Assembly: GCF_006345805.1 (NCBI RefSeq)
Contig: NC_043016.1
Span: forward strand, 22,630,001 to 22,694,000
Reading direction: 5' to 3'
Length of the DNA: 64,000 nt
Origin: Octopus sinensis
Lineage: Eukaryota
This document shows, piece by piece, positions 13,939 to 25,290 of this stretch (its first letter is position 1; every line of letters begins with the position of its first letter). Position numbers and translations under genes: made by a program. A model generated the notes under the pieces. It searched no databases. It was not told where the DNA came from and was given only the letters and a program-made list of their open reading frames with translations.

Positions 13939-14325
13939 TCCATTAAGTAGTCTGAAAGTGGATTCTTTAAGCTATATCGTTCCATTATTTAGTTGGTCTG
14001 GAAATGGACATTGCATGTTATAATGTTTCCTTCCACTCCCTCCACTGGGCTGGTCTGAAAGTGGACAAAGTGTATTGTATATGTTTTTCATTCATTTTCT
14101 TTTCCCCCACTGTATTGATCCGAAAAGGGATACCATGTGTTTGTATATATGTGTGTGTGTGTGTTTTGTTAGAGGGAAGGGTTCCCACCCCCACAGTGTT
14201 GGTCTGTCTGAAAGAGAAGTACTCTAGATGTTGTATGTTTTTTCCATTGCACTGTCTGGGCGAGTACATTTGTTGTATGTTGTGGTGTTTCCCAGTGGCT
14301 TCTCCTATGAAAGTGGATAGTCTGT
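13939..14325 (-). promoter_or_regulatory. Proximal 3'UTR array of about seven degenerate TCCACTTTCAGAC units
   Basis: Plus-strand cores GTCTGAAAGTGGA (13950, 14053), GTCTGGAAATGGA (13996), GATCCGAAAAGGGA (14117), GTCTGAAAGAGAA (14206), GTCTGGGCGAGTACA (14254) and CTATGAAAGTGGA (14305). Regulatory role is inferred. Confidence 0.5.
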
Positions 14326-14345
14326 GTTTCACTTAATGAGCATTA

Positions 14346-14452
14346 TTAATCAGGACAAGTAACCTGCCAAACAATCAGATGGCTGCGTTCACCTCGGTTT
14401 AAGCAACTTTTCTTTGCCTCATCTTGGTTTGAATCGTCTTCTTCTCCATCAC
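14346..14452 (-). CDS. MAPK8IP3/SPAG9: JIP3/4 terminal coding exon 13: (G)DGEEDDSNQDEAKKSCLNRGERSHLIVWQVTCPD-stop
   Basis: Acceptor aaatttgtAG; TAA at 14348-14346. ERSHLIVWQV is the family's C-terminal signature. Confidence 0.95.
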
Positions 14453-14849
14453 CTACAAATTTTAAAAATTATACTAATATAGTACAAAAATAACAATATT
14501 TAACACAAACATATATTTTTCTTTTCACAAAGCATGCAATGTTTTAACATTTTTGGGGTTTTTTTTTTAATAATACAAAAGTGTGTTGTGTTGGGTCTTC
14601 AATTCCTGATGTAGTCCTAGAGGTATGATCATGATATATGGTCTGTCTTGAACATTTTTAGACCTGGAAGAGCCTATCCATCTCAGGTCTCAATATAGCC
14701 AATCCTTTCCAGAAAGATAGAGAGAGGTGGAAAGAGAAAGAGAGCAGGGAAGAGTGAGAGAGTGAAAGAGAGAGTAAGAGAGAAGAATTGATCTAGTGAA
14801 AGTCTAGTACTTTATTTATCCAGATTTCCTTCATTGGACACTAAACTCT

Positions 14850-15170
14850 GCTTGCAAAGACCTGTTGAGGCAATCGAAATCAAATTCGATGATTGGCATC
14901 CGTGCTAGAGGAGTGCTAAGAGTACCAGTCAAGCATGATTATTGCCAGAGCAACAAACTGGCTTCCGTGCCGGTGGCACATAAAAAGCACCATTCGAGCA
15001 TGATCATTACCTGTGTCGTCTTACTGGCACTTGTGCTGGTGGCACGTGAAAAAACATTTGAGCGAGGTCGTTGCCAGTGCTGCTGGACTGGCTCATGTGC
15101 AGGTGGCACATAAAAAGCACCATTTGAACATGGCTGTTGCCAGTACTGCATGACTGGCCCTCATGATGAT
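14850..15170 (+). repeat. Dispersed repeat with three internal ~62-bp tandem units (GGTGGCACATAAAAAGCACC...)
   Basis: Three units at about 14955-15160; a related single unit with an RTE-like tail at 33870-34040. Confidence 0.7.
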
Positions 15171-15767
15171 GATGATGATGATTAAAAGAATGAAAAGCAA
15201 AGTTGACTGCAGCAAGATTTGAACAAACTCTGCAAGATAATCTATACTTTAACAACTTATTTGCTGCTTAATACAGGTGTGTTATTGACTGAATCCCCAC
15301 ATGTCCCAAATACACAGAATTGCAGGATTTGAACTTATATGTATTATGACATTATTATGATTTCAATCTATTGACAGAACAATTCAGAGGGAAATATATT
15401 TATCATTAGCTAAATAAACTCACAACCTGTAACTAGTTTGATAAGCGTCAATGCATGAAACTCTCAGACCTTGAATCACTCTGTTACTTCTGCTATATAT
15501 AAATAAAAATATACAGATACTAATATTCTGAGTTCTATTTTTCCTGTTTGCATCAATATACCTATACTCTCTCTTTTACTTGTTTCAATCATTTAACTGT
15601 GGCCATGCTGGAGCACCGCCTTTAATTGAGCACATCGATCCCAGGACTTATTTTTTGTAAGCCTAGTACTTATTCTATCAGTCTCTTTTGCCGAACTGCT
15701 AAGTCATGGGGACGTAAACACACCAGCATCGGTTTTCAAGCGATGTTGGGGGGACAAACACAGACAT

Positions 15768-15817
<50 letters not shown>

Positions 15818-16199
15818 GACGGGCTTCTTTCAGTTTCCATCTACCAAATCCACTCACAAGGCTTTAGTTGGCCCGAGGCTATAGAAGACACTTGCCCAAG
15901 GTGCAACACAGTGGGACTGAACCCGGAACCATGTAGTTCGTAAGCAAGCTACTTACCACACAGCCACTCCTATGCCTATATAAATGTGTGTAAATAAAAA
16001 TCAAAGTATAGTGCATGTCTATATATAAAATGAGTTTAAAGGGATATATTATCCTGGCAGTTTCAGATGCTGGCTAACCACAATGGTCCTTATATAATAC
16101 CCAAGCTAACAATAGGTTGCTAGGCTCTGGTAACTATTCTTGCTGGGTAAATCTGAGTGTCCTGTTCTGAGTAATAGTATTAATAATGATAGGGAGAAC

Positions 16200-16660
16200 A
16201 AAGATTTTTCACATTCATAATTTTATTTAAGTTATTTACAGTATCTTTAAAGGACCTACACATGTTTCAGCTGCAGCAATTGCACACTTATATATGCAAC
16301 TTAGCATCATGGTCGGTGCAGTTTCGTCAGGGTCCTTACCCTCTGCCATTTCAAAGTAAAACTGAAGGAATCAGCAAACTGAGTGAATAAAGTGTTTTAT
16401 GGGAGGTAGAGGTTGTACTACTAATAGTTATAGGAATCTTGACTTAGGGTTCACCTCTACTAAATGTGGTGGTTGAAGTGAAACATAATTCTAAAAATAG
16501 GTCATGGTTAGATTGAAAGGTTATGTAGATTTATCTTTAATATTAAAAGCTAATGATTCCACTCATTTCAAAGAGAATATTCTTAGTGTTGAGGTATTCT
16601 ATAACGTTTGATTTATTTATTTTGGTTCCTCAATTGTTGTTATAATAATTTCTATTATTA
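16200..16660 (-). mobile_element. Probable decayed Penelope-like element 3' end/pLTR remnant carrying the hammerhead
   Basis: The hammerhead architecture is that described for PLEs, with AATAAA about 25 nt downstream. A frameshifted 'ESL(L)ILKINL' stretch upstream weakly resembles the GIY-YIG C-terminus. Boundaries uncertain. Confidence 0.45.
16250..16337 (-). ncRNA. Minimal type-I hammerhead ribozyme (Penelope-like-element style)
   Basis: Minus strand: AAGGACC-CUGACGA-AACUGCA...UGCAGCU-GAAA-C-AUGU-G-UA|GGUCCUU. Helix I is 7 perfect bp, the core is complete, helix II has 6 of 7 pairs plus an inner hairpin, and helix III is minimal with palindromic ACAUGU. Confidence 0.85.
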
Positions 16661-17084
16661 TTAATGAAAGTTTGACAAGGACTCCTGGTCTGTTCAGCAC
16701 TACCCTTTGAACTAAAGAGAATAACCAGGAACTTAGTTAACCGTAACATCCTGTTGAAAATTCAATCTCAGTCTTGTAATGATTCAAAAATGAATGTAAA
16801 CAGGTTTAACATTAGTTTCATGATATTATGATAAATCTCAGGACTGACTGCCTAGATTCAGTCTTATATGGTACTGAGTCTCACAGGAGATTAAGAATCA
16901 ATGATAACATATATTATTAAGAGAAACAGTTTGTTCTTTTTTTACTTTTTCTTTTGATTTAACAACAGTGTGCCACTAGAAGCACTGGAGCATAAAATTA
17001 ATACAAAAAGAAACTCATGGACATGGAGAAATGATGATGGTTCATGGTAATGGTGGGTGGTGAAATAAATAAAGCAGAACTGAC

Positions 17085-17225
17085 CAGTACGAAAATCAAT
17101 GTATCCTTCTCCTCCAGAAATTACCAATTTCGCCAGTGAATGTACAACAGGTGTAGCTTCTCTGACGTTTTTGTTTGTACCCTCACTATCAACACTAGCA
17201 GCACTAATTCCTTTCACTGGAGATC
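17085..17225 (-). CDS. MAPK8IP3/SPAG9: JIP3/4 coding exon 12: (G)SPVKGISAASVDSEGTNKNVREATPVVHSLAKLVISGGEGYIDFRT
   Basis: Acceptor gtatttttcAG, donor CTG|GTcagt, phase 1 to 1. LVISGGEGYIDFR motif. Confidence 0.95.
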
Positions 17226-20200
17226 CTGAAAAATACAACACCATGTTATCAATTACATACAAATACAATATTCATTACATGTCCATACACATACATATAC
17301 AAACAATTCTTCTATGTGTACCTTAATTCATTTTTTTTTTTTAATTTCGATTTTTCCCATGCTAACCAAAGACAAATGGTATTTATCATTCTTTAAAAAT
17401 ATTTTTCATTATGTCACGTTTTGTAAATAACAATGTAATTGGTTACAGGTTTACAAGAGCCAAAATCACTGGTTCACTGTATTTATGATGGCTAGAGTGA
17501 CAAGGGATTGCTTAGCTAGAGAAGAACAAATACCACACAAAGTATTTTAATGCAAAGTCACTATCATCATTTTAACATCCACTTTCCCATGCTTGCATAG
17601 ATCAGAGATAATTTATTGAAACAGGTTTCCTACAGCCAAATCCCCTTCCTGTTGTCAGCCTTCACCTGTTTCAAAGCAAGTTGATATTTCCCAATGATCA
17701 GACATGTTTTCTATGAAAGATTGGAAACAAACAACATCAGTTGTATGACAATGATACTTGTTTACAACATGTGATGTCAAGACAAGGGTATACACACATG
17801 TGCATGCACACAATTATGTGCACACACATGCACACAACACGATGAGCTTCCACACATACACATATATATATGACTGGCTTCTTTCAGTTTCCATCCACCA
17901 AATCCTCTCACAAGGCTTTGGTCGGCCCGAGGCTATAGTAGAAGACACTTGCCCAAGGTGCCACACAGTTGGACTGAACCTGGAACCATGTGGTTGGTAA
18001 GCAAGCTACTTACCACACAGCCACTCCTTTCTATATTAGAAACATTAGAAAATTAATCTTGGTCTCAAATTTTGGCACAAGGCCAGCAAGTTCATGTTAG
18101 GAGATGAATCGCTTACATCAACTCCAGTGCTCAAGTGGTACTTATTTTATTGACCCCAAAAGGATGAAAGGTGAAGTTAATCTTGATGGAACTTAAATCC
18201 AGAATGTAAAGACAGACGAAATGCCACTAAGCATTTTGCCTGGCATGCTAACAATTCTTCCAGTTCACTGCCTTAAATTAGAAAATTAATATTAAAATAA
18301 AAAACGATTACCATTGTTAATATTATTTGATGATTACTGAATTCTTGGGACAGCAAACAAAATCAATCTATCCCAGCTCATTAGATTTAGAGTCCAACAA
18401 TCAAGTACTGGGATCAATACAATTGACTAACCCTCTGCCCTTGAAATTTCTGGCCGTCTGCCTAAATCAGAAATTACTGCTACTGTTGTTGCTGAATGTA
18501 GCAACCAACATTTTGTTTTGTTGTCGTTGTTTTGTTTTGTGTTGTATTTATGTCACGTCAACGAATAGCAGTTAAGAAACTGCATGTAAACTAAGGGAAA
18601 TCACTCTTACTTCACTACACTTTATAGTTTGTTCACTGCTACGAGTGTCTTGGCATTTGTGTGCATTGTTTAATATATGTATGTAAAGCATTTACATATT
18701 AATGCATTAGTCTGTCTAAATTAGCATAAATGTTTTTCAATATTTACTTGCATTTTGCTTTAAAGTTCCATATATGTATGCGTGTGTGTGTGTGACCTTT
18801 TCCATGTTTGCCAATGAAGTATCATATTTGCAATGTGTTTATAAACAACAAAAAATTATTCTAACTTCATTAGAAATTTAAAATGGCATTGTTTTTTTCC
18901 TCTACTCTAAGATTAATAACCTTTGAATAGTGTACAAGGCAGTAATAAAAAGCAATATATTAGAAAACAGGAGCAAGTAAGGAAATATATTTTGTGTAAA
19001 GTAATGCTATGTATGTGAATTTGTATACAGGGGAAGTCGTATCTAAATACAGTACCTCACTATACCAAAGGGACCATATATAAGTGAGCTGTGTATATTG
19101 GAAAAATTTTACATTCCAATCCAAGAACTATGATCGCTGAATAAAAAGGGGAAAATTTTGAGCCACTGTACCTATGGCAAAACTTTATTATAAAGATGTA
19201 ATTATGAGCATGCTATTTGCCACTGGATTTCAATTAGAATGTCCTCCCCTCGATCTTAGAAAACTGCACTGTACATAATAAGTATTAATCAACTCTTGAC
19301 TACTAACAACCCTAATAGAAGGCACTGAAGTTCATAACATGACCTCTAGCCAACGACAGTCAGGAACTTGTGTGAATTCTCTCCACCCACTTGCTTTTCA
19401 CTTTTCTCTTCTAGACAACTTGAATGAATATCTCATGCATAAAATTCTAAGTAGTATCTGTGAAATAAATTTACTTAGTACCAATAAATAAATACTGCCT
19501 GTATTAAGTACTCCTTTTCTTGTTTGCATTTCTAAATCTACATGTGAGTGAGCCTGTCTGCTTACATGGGTGTATATGCACACGCATACGTATTCTTTCT
19601 TTTTACTTGTTTCAGTCATTTGACTGTGGCCATGCTGGAGCACTGCCTTTAGTCAAGCAAATCGACCCCAGGACTTATTCTTTGTAAGCCTAGTACTTAT
19701 TCTATTGGTCTCTTTTGCCGAACTGCTAAGTTATGAGGACGTAAACACACCAGCATCGGTTGTCAAGCGATGTTGGGGGGGGGGACAAACACAGACACAC
19801 AAACATATACATACACATATATACGACAGGCTTCTTTCAGTTTACGTCTACCAAATCCACTCACAAGGCTTTGGTCGGCCCGAGGCTATAGTAGAAGACA
19901 CTTGCCCAAGGTGCTACGCAGTGGGACTGAACCCAGAACCATGTGGTTGGTAAGCAAGCTACTCTTGTGTCTATTTAATACAGGAAATTATTACTTCCAC
20001 CCCAAGCTTTCACATAATTATCAGGGAATTTCTGCATCAATATCATATTCAGCATCAGCATCATGAAATCAGTGAATGTTCTTTATATCATATATACTTT
20101 TGAGAATAAAGCAAGGAGAAAGGAATGAATGATTAAGGTAAGAGTATAAAATAACTGTTGTGATTTAACAGACTGTGTGTGTAAGAGAGAGAGAGACAAT

Positions 20201-20403
20201 GTATGCACATGTCTGTCAACTTGACTCCTTTGGTCTCTTTTGGTGAAAGCAAGAAATGGCAGTTATAGCAGTTGCAATAAAACACATATTTCCAGAATAA
20301 ACATTTCAAACTTAGTGACAGTCTGGAAAACATTAACAGGTGATTAACGCAAAGATGATGACAACAATAACAACAACATATAATGATTTCTTAGTGCACT
20401 TAC

Positions 20404-20589
20404 CTGGAACTGCCACGAAAAACTTGACGGCATCTCTGTGTCCATGAAACGAAAGTTGTGCCTGTGCCATGGAGCAGTAAGGAATGAAAGTACCAGGTGT
20501 AATATTATCTCCTTTGCTATCACTGTATACCCTGATAACATTACCAGGACGGTTTGGGTGACTACCTGTACTTACTGGTTGCTTGTTAC
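20404..20589 (-). CDS. MAPK8IP3/SPAG9: JIP3/4 coding exon 11: (S)NKQPVSTGSHPNRPGNVIRVYSDSKGDNITPGTFIPYCSMAQAQLSFHGHRDAVKFFVAVP
   Basis: Acceptor tgtcttttcAG, donor CAG|GTaagt, phase 1 to 1. FIPYCSMAxAQLxFHGHRDAVKFFV motif. Confidence 0.96.
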
Positions 20590-20749
20590 CTGAAAAGACA
20601 AATAATAACTATATATGCATACCTGCTGTTATCATACTGCAAACATGTCATTATTATATGGTTGAAAATATTACAAAAAAAAAGAATAATAAAACTATAT
20701 CCATAGTTTTACAAAACAATTCACCAGAGAATGAAAAAAGATTATAATG

Positions 20750-20804
<55 letters not shown>

Positions 20805-21059
20805 TCAAACCCAAGCACAATACCAGCAATACAGAAGTCAAAAGTATTGATTTTCTCAACTTTAGTGCTTAACTGTTACTTATTTTATCAACCTTAATAG
20901 GAAGAAAGGCAAAGTCAACCTTGGTGACATTTAAGCTCAGAATGTTAAAGAACCAGAACAAATTGTCACTAAACATTTTGTCCTATGGGTTAATGATTCT
21001 GCTAGCTCACTTTTCTGTTGTTGTTGATAGTGAAGATTGATTGTTATTATTAAAAGAAA

Positions 21060-21091
<32 letters not shown>

Positions 21092-21473
21092 GTTCAGTAA
21101 TCTTATTTTTATTACATGCTTTCACTGCACTACCAAGCACAGCTTTGTGTGCCTTGGGCGTGTGCTGTGGTTTGTTGTGATGCTCTTATTTTCACTGTAT
21201 CGAAAGTGTTTTGCATAGGTTAAGTGCGGTGTCTAGTAGTGCTATTTTCTGTGTGTTATATATATTTGTAGGTCCTGGTATTTTTGTTATACATTTGTCT
21301 GAATGTTTTTTTATCATACCTAATGCACCTACTATGATAGGAATTGTTTTTGTTTTTAGGCTCCACATTCAAGTTACTCTATTTCCAGGTCTTTGTATTT
21401 TGAAAGTTTCTCTGTTTCTTTTAGAGAAACATTGTCATCTGTTGGTATTGATACATCGATTAGAAAGCATATT

Positions 21474-21970
21474 ATTGAGTGAGAGAGCAAAGCATGCCAT
21501 CAAAGTGACACTGGAGTAAATTGTATGAAGCCCAGTATACCCATCACGGCTACCTGTCTGGTAAGGGTACACCAGGCACATGCATCACAACCGCATGTGT
21601 GTGACATGGTGATCTCATATCAAGATAAACAGTACATGACCTTGCAGGTGGGGCCCAGTTAAAATTTTCTTCAAGTCAAGTAGCCCATCCCACTCAAAAG
21701 ATCCTTGAATAAGGGTTGTTTAAGGATGATGAACAAAACACTCATGTTTCCAAAGGTGAATTATTCAAACCCCAAAGAATTCCTCTCAAACATTGCTATG
21801 ATGCTCTCACACTACTTCTGCTTGTGATCAGAGATGCACATATCGTCAGCCACTAAGGGACATGGTCAACTGGTTAAGGTCAAACAACTGACAAGCAAAT
21901 CTGTGGTATTGAGCAGAATATTTGCTGTAGCCCATCTTTTATACCAAGACAAAACAATGTACATGATAAC
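21474..21970 (+). mobile_element. Interspersed repeat family E (probable LINE 3' region/SINE), copy A
   Basis: Homologous to 36440-36980 (+) and, inverted, to 22880-23242 (-). Confidence 0.75.
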
Positions 21971-22757
21971 ACTTCTTCTTCTTCTTCTTCTTATTATTAT
22001 TATTATTAAGGCAGCAAGCTGGGAGAATTATTAGAGCATCATAAAAAATACTCTGCATTGTTTGTTCCAGTTCTTTACATCTTGGGTTCAAATCCCACTC
22101 AAGTTAATTTTATCTTTCATCTCTCTAGTGTCAATAAAATAAATTACAATTCAAGTACAGGGGCAACAGTATTGACTAACCATCTTCCTTAAGAATTGCT
22201 AGCCTTATGTTTAAATCACAAACAATTATTATTATTATTACTATTATTATCATAGATACCCATCACATTCTGAGCTCATATCCAGAGGACTGATAAATCT
22301 AAGTATTACTCAAGTCCTAGAAGTGATATAATCAAATCTACTGCCCTCAATTTTCTTACTTTGTATACCAATATGAAATGCCCAAGAAATTTCCATACAA
22401 AGTACAGATCATGAAAGAAGTGGAGCTGCATTTTAAACAGACCCTATTGAAATGTTATATATCAATGAACCAGCTTTCACTTGCTCACTAAAATTCAAGA
22501 GCTTCTCACTGAAGATACTGAACTCTCCAGCTATGAACAACATGTGAAGACTGTAGAAAAGTTGCTTAATATGGAACATGAAATGCCTTGATCAAAGCAA
22601 GATGTTTAAATTTTGTATAGATATCTTGTTTTAATTATTAAATGTTTATTATATTGCTTTTAATTATACTGAGTAAATATTTGTGCTCTTTTTGTAGATT
22701 TTGTAAACTTCTCCACTTTATATAACTTGTCCATCCAACTTTCTGAAACTCTAACAA

Positions 22758-22788
<31 letters not shown>

Positions 22789-22809
22789 TTAATAATAATA
22801 ATAATAATA

Positions 22810-22879
<70 letters not shown>

Positions 22880-22881
<2 letters not shown>

Positions 22882-23240
22882 CACCACCACCTGATGCAGT
22901 ACCAGGCAGTGTCTCTCATAGCCATGTTTGAGAGAAATTCTTTGGGGTTTGAATAATTCACCTTTGGAAATATGAGTGTTTTGTTCATCATCCTTAAACA
23001 ACCCTTATTCAAGGATCTTTTGAGTGGGATGGGCTACTTGACTTGAAGAAAATTTTAACTGGGCCCCACCTTCAAGGTCATGTACTGTTCATCTTGATAT
23101 GAGATCACCATGTCACACACATATGGTTGTGATGCATGTGCCTGGTGTACCCTTATCAGATGGGTAGTCATGATGGGTATACTGGGCTTCATACAATTTA
23201 CTCCAGTATCACTTTTATAGCATGCTCTGCTCTCTCACTC

Positions 23241-23242
<2 letters not shown>
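22880..23242 (-). mobile_element. Repeat family E copy B (inverted, internally deleted)
   Basis: Reverse complement of 21474-21805 with about 16 differences over about 335 bp (manual count). Confidence 0.8.
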
Positions 23243-23277
<35 letters not shown>

Positions 23278-23339
23278 TTAATAATAATAAACAGTGACAA
23301 CTACAACATTAATAATTTGCTTTTGCCATATATATGACA

Positions 23340-23560
23340 AAAGTCAGAACAAGGTAAAAATAGCAGAATTTTTCAAAGAATCAATAATGAAAGAAAAAAG
23401 TTTTAAAAAATGTCCTACAAGTATGGACAAGAACAGTTTGACACTGATATAACTTCTCAAGTCAGCAATGCTCAGACACTGAAGGAATGTGTGCAAAATG
23501 GTTTCTTCACTCTGCGCACATCTCAAACAGGCCAGGCTGACAAGCACTTCTATATGTGTA
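23340..23560 (-). mobile_element. L1/Tx1-like LINE C-terminal zinc-knuckle fragment
   Basis: CLRCAQSEETILHTFLQC fits the CxxC-x3-ET-x2-H-x4-C pattern. Confidence 0.55.
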
Positions 23561-25079
23561 GTGTTTATCCCATTTTGGATAAATGTTGACAGTAAAAATA
23601 CTTGAAGATGTTAGAATATTTGTTTCATAAAAATTATATAAAATCAGATAAAAAGACAATGGTAACTATAATGGTTATAATGATGTTATGCAAATCACAC
23701 AAATTTGACAATGAACATGAAGTTATGAGCTTGTATTGATAGAGAAAACTGACTCACACAATTAGATGAAATGAAAATATTGTTTTTTGTTTTTTTAATA
23801 GGGAATTAATGATAAATAGAAATAGAAGTTGTATTGAAATAGCCCCATAACCCTTAACATACTACTGGGCTACCACTGAGGTCTTCAATTTCAAACAGAA
23901 AATTATTTGTATTTTTAACTAGCCAAGTTTGGAAGAAGTGAGTGTAAGGAACATTTAATGTTCCTTACAAATCCTCTTAAAGACCTATAAGATTGATGCC
24001 ACTAATGTTCCTTTTGAACCTTTGTATTTCAACACCTTCAAAAAAGACAAATGAGCAGACAGGTAATTTCCAGAGAATCAATATTCTAGGAAAGATGTAC
24101 TAAGCATAGTTATTAGTGTGAGACCTGGGGGCATGGACACACATAACAAGAATGATGAAAGGTGGGGAGATGAGTAAAGCAGGAGTACGTGAAAGGAGGT
24201 AACATGAACCCAAACAGCTCCAAGGTGTAGATACCATTTTAGTAATGATAGAAAATGCAGAGAGAACAGACAGGCTGCTAATGATAAGGAAGTATTTACT
24301 CTTTACTTCCATTCACTTTCATTTGCTTTTGCTCATTCAAAATGCAGTTGTGAAATTAATAAACACCACAAGTCTGATTTTGCCTCCCTCCTCAAATTGA
24401 TAAAGATATTACAGGCATCAATAAAAAAAATCTCTTTGTGGTGTGCTACATAATTTGTTTCTCTTATATTTATGCATGACATTTCTCACCAGATGATTTA
24501 CTTGGGGACTCAACAGAAATATATAAACAGTTTAATTAAGAAAATGTCTGGTTCTAACTATACCAAAGTACAAGTTGGAACCAACTGCTATTAAAACCCC
24601 AGAATTACCCCTAGATGATTATAAACCTCATATTGTTCTATCAGAAAAGAATTTTAATTATTCCATAATTTAATAAAATATTTTTATAAACAGAAAAGAA
24701 AGGTTTAACATTAATAAAAAAAATGGAACAAAAATAAAATATTCATTTATATGTAATTAAAAATTAATTATTTAACAATGAAAACTGAGTAATGCTGAAA
24801 AAAAATCAATTTTGGTCACAGACTTTGCATTTTCTGGAAAACACTTTCCCTGATTAATAAAATTTCTTGGATGACAATTTAATATCATATTTGCCTCATA
24901 ATTTGATCTGAGAGAGCTCTAAAATTTAAATATATCAATAAATTTTAAATATATCAACACAAAAATTGAAAAATATTTAATGGCAGGGTGAGTTTGTGTG
25001 TGTGTCTGTGTGCATATACACACAAGTATGTGTGCACATATAGATATATACACATACGAACCTCTACCAACTATTCTGC

Positions 25080-25290
25080 CTATATGTCTGTGCACACCTT
25101 TCAATGCAATGTATGCGAGGTTTGCAAATCTAACAGAAGGCCTCAAAAGACATTTTAAGATCCACAAAAATCAGAACTTAACTGCAGCTCTTTGTGGTCC
25201 AAATCAGATATGCAATCTATGTGGGTGTCTTTTCAAAACATTGTATGGTTTGGGAAGCCACATCAGACGCCATGATGGTTTTAAAGTGTA
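25080..25290 (+). mobile_element. RTE-like LINE C-terminal C2H2-finger remnant
   Basis: CNLCGCLFKTLYGLGSHIRRH and a degenerate upstream ...GLKRHFKIH. The GLxSHxRxH ending is typical of RTE ORF ends. Confidence 0.45.

Noticed and set aside
14041-14260. CAGUGN hexamers in the 3'UTR resembling iron-responsive elements
   Set aside because: The required 5-bp upper stem and C bulge cannot be formed around any of them.
14955-15160. Three ~62-bp repeats that could suggest a CRISPR-like array
   Set aside because: The units are contiguous degenerate tandem repeats without unique spacers, belong to a dispersed eukaryotic family (also at 33870), and there are no cas genes.
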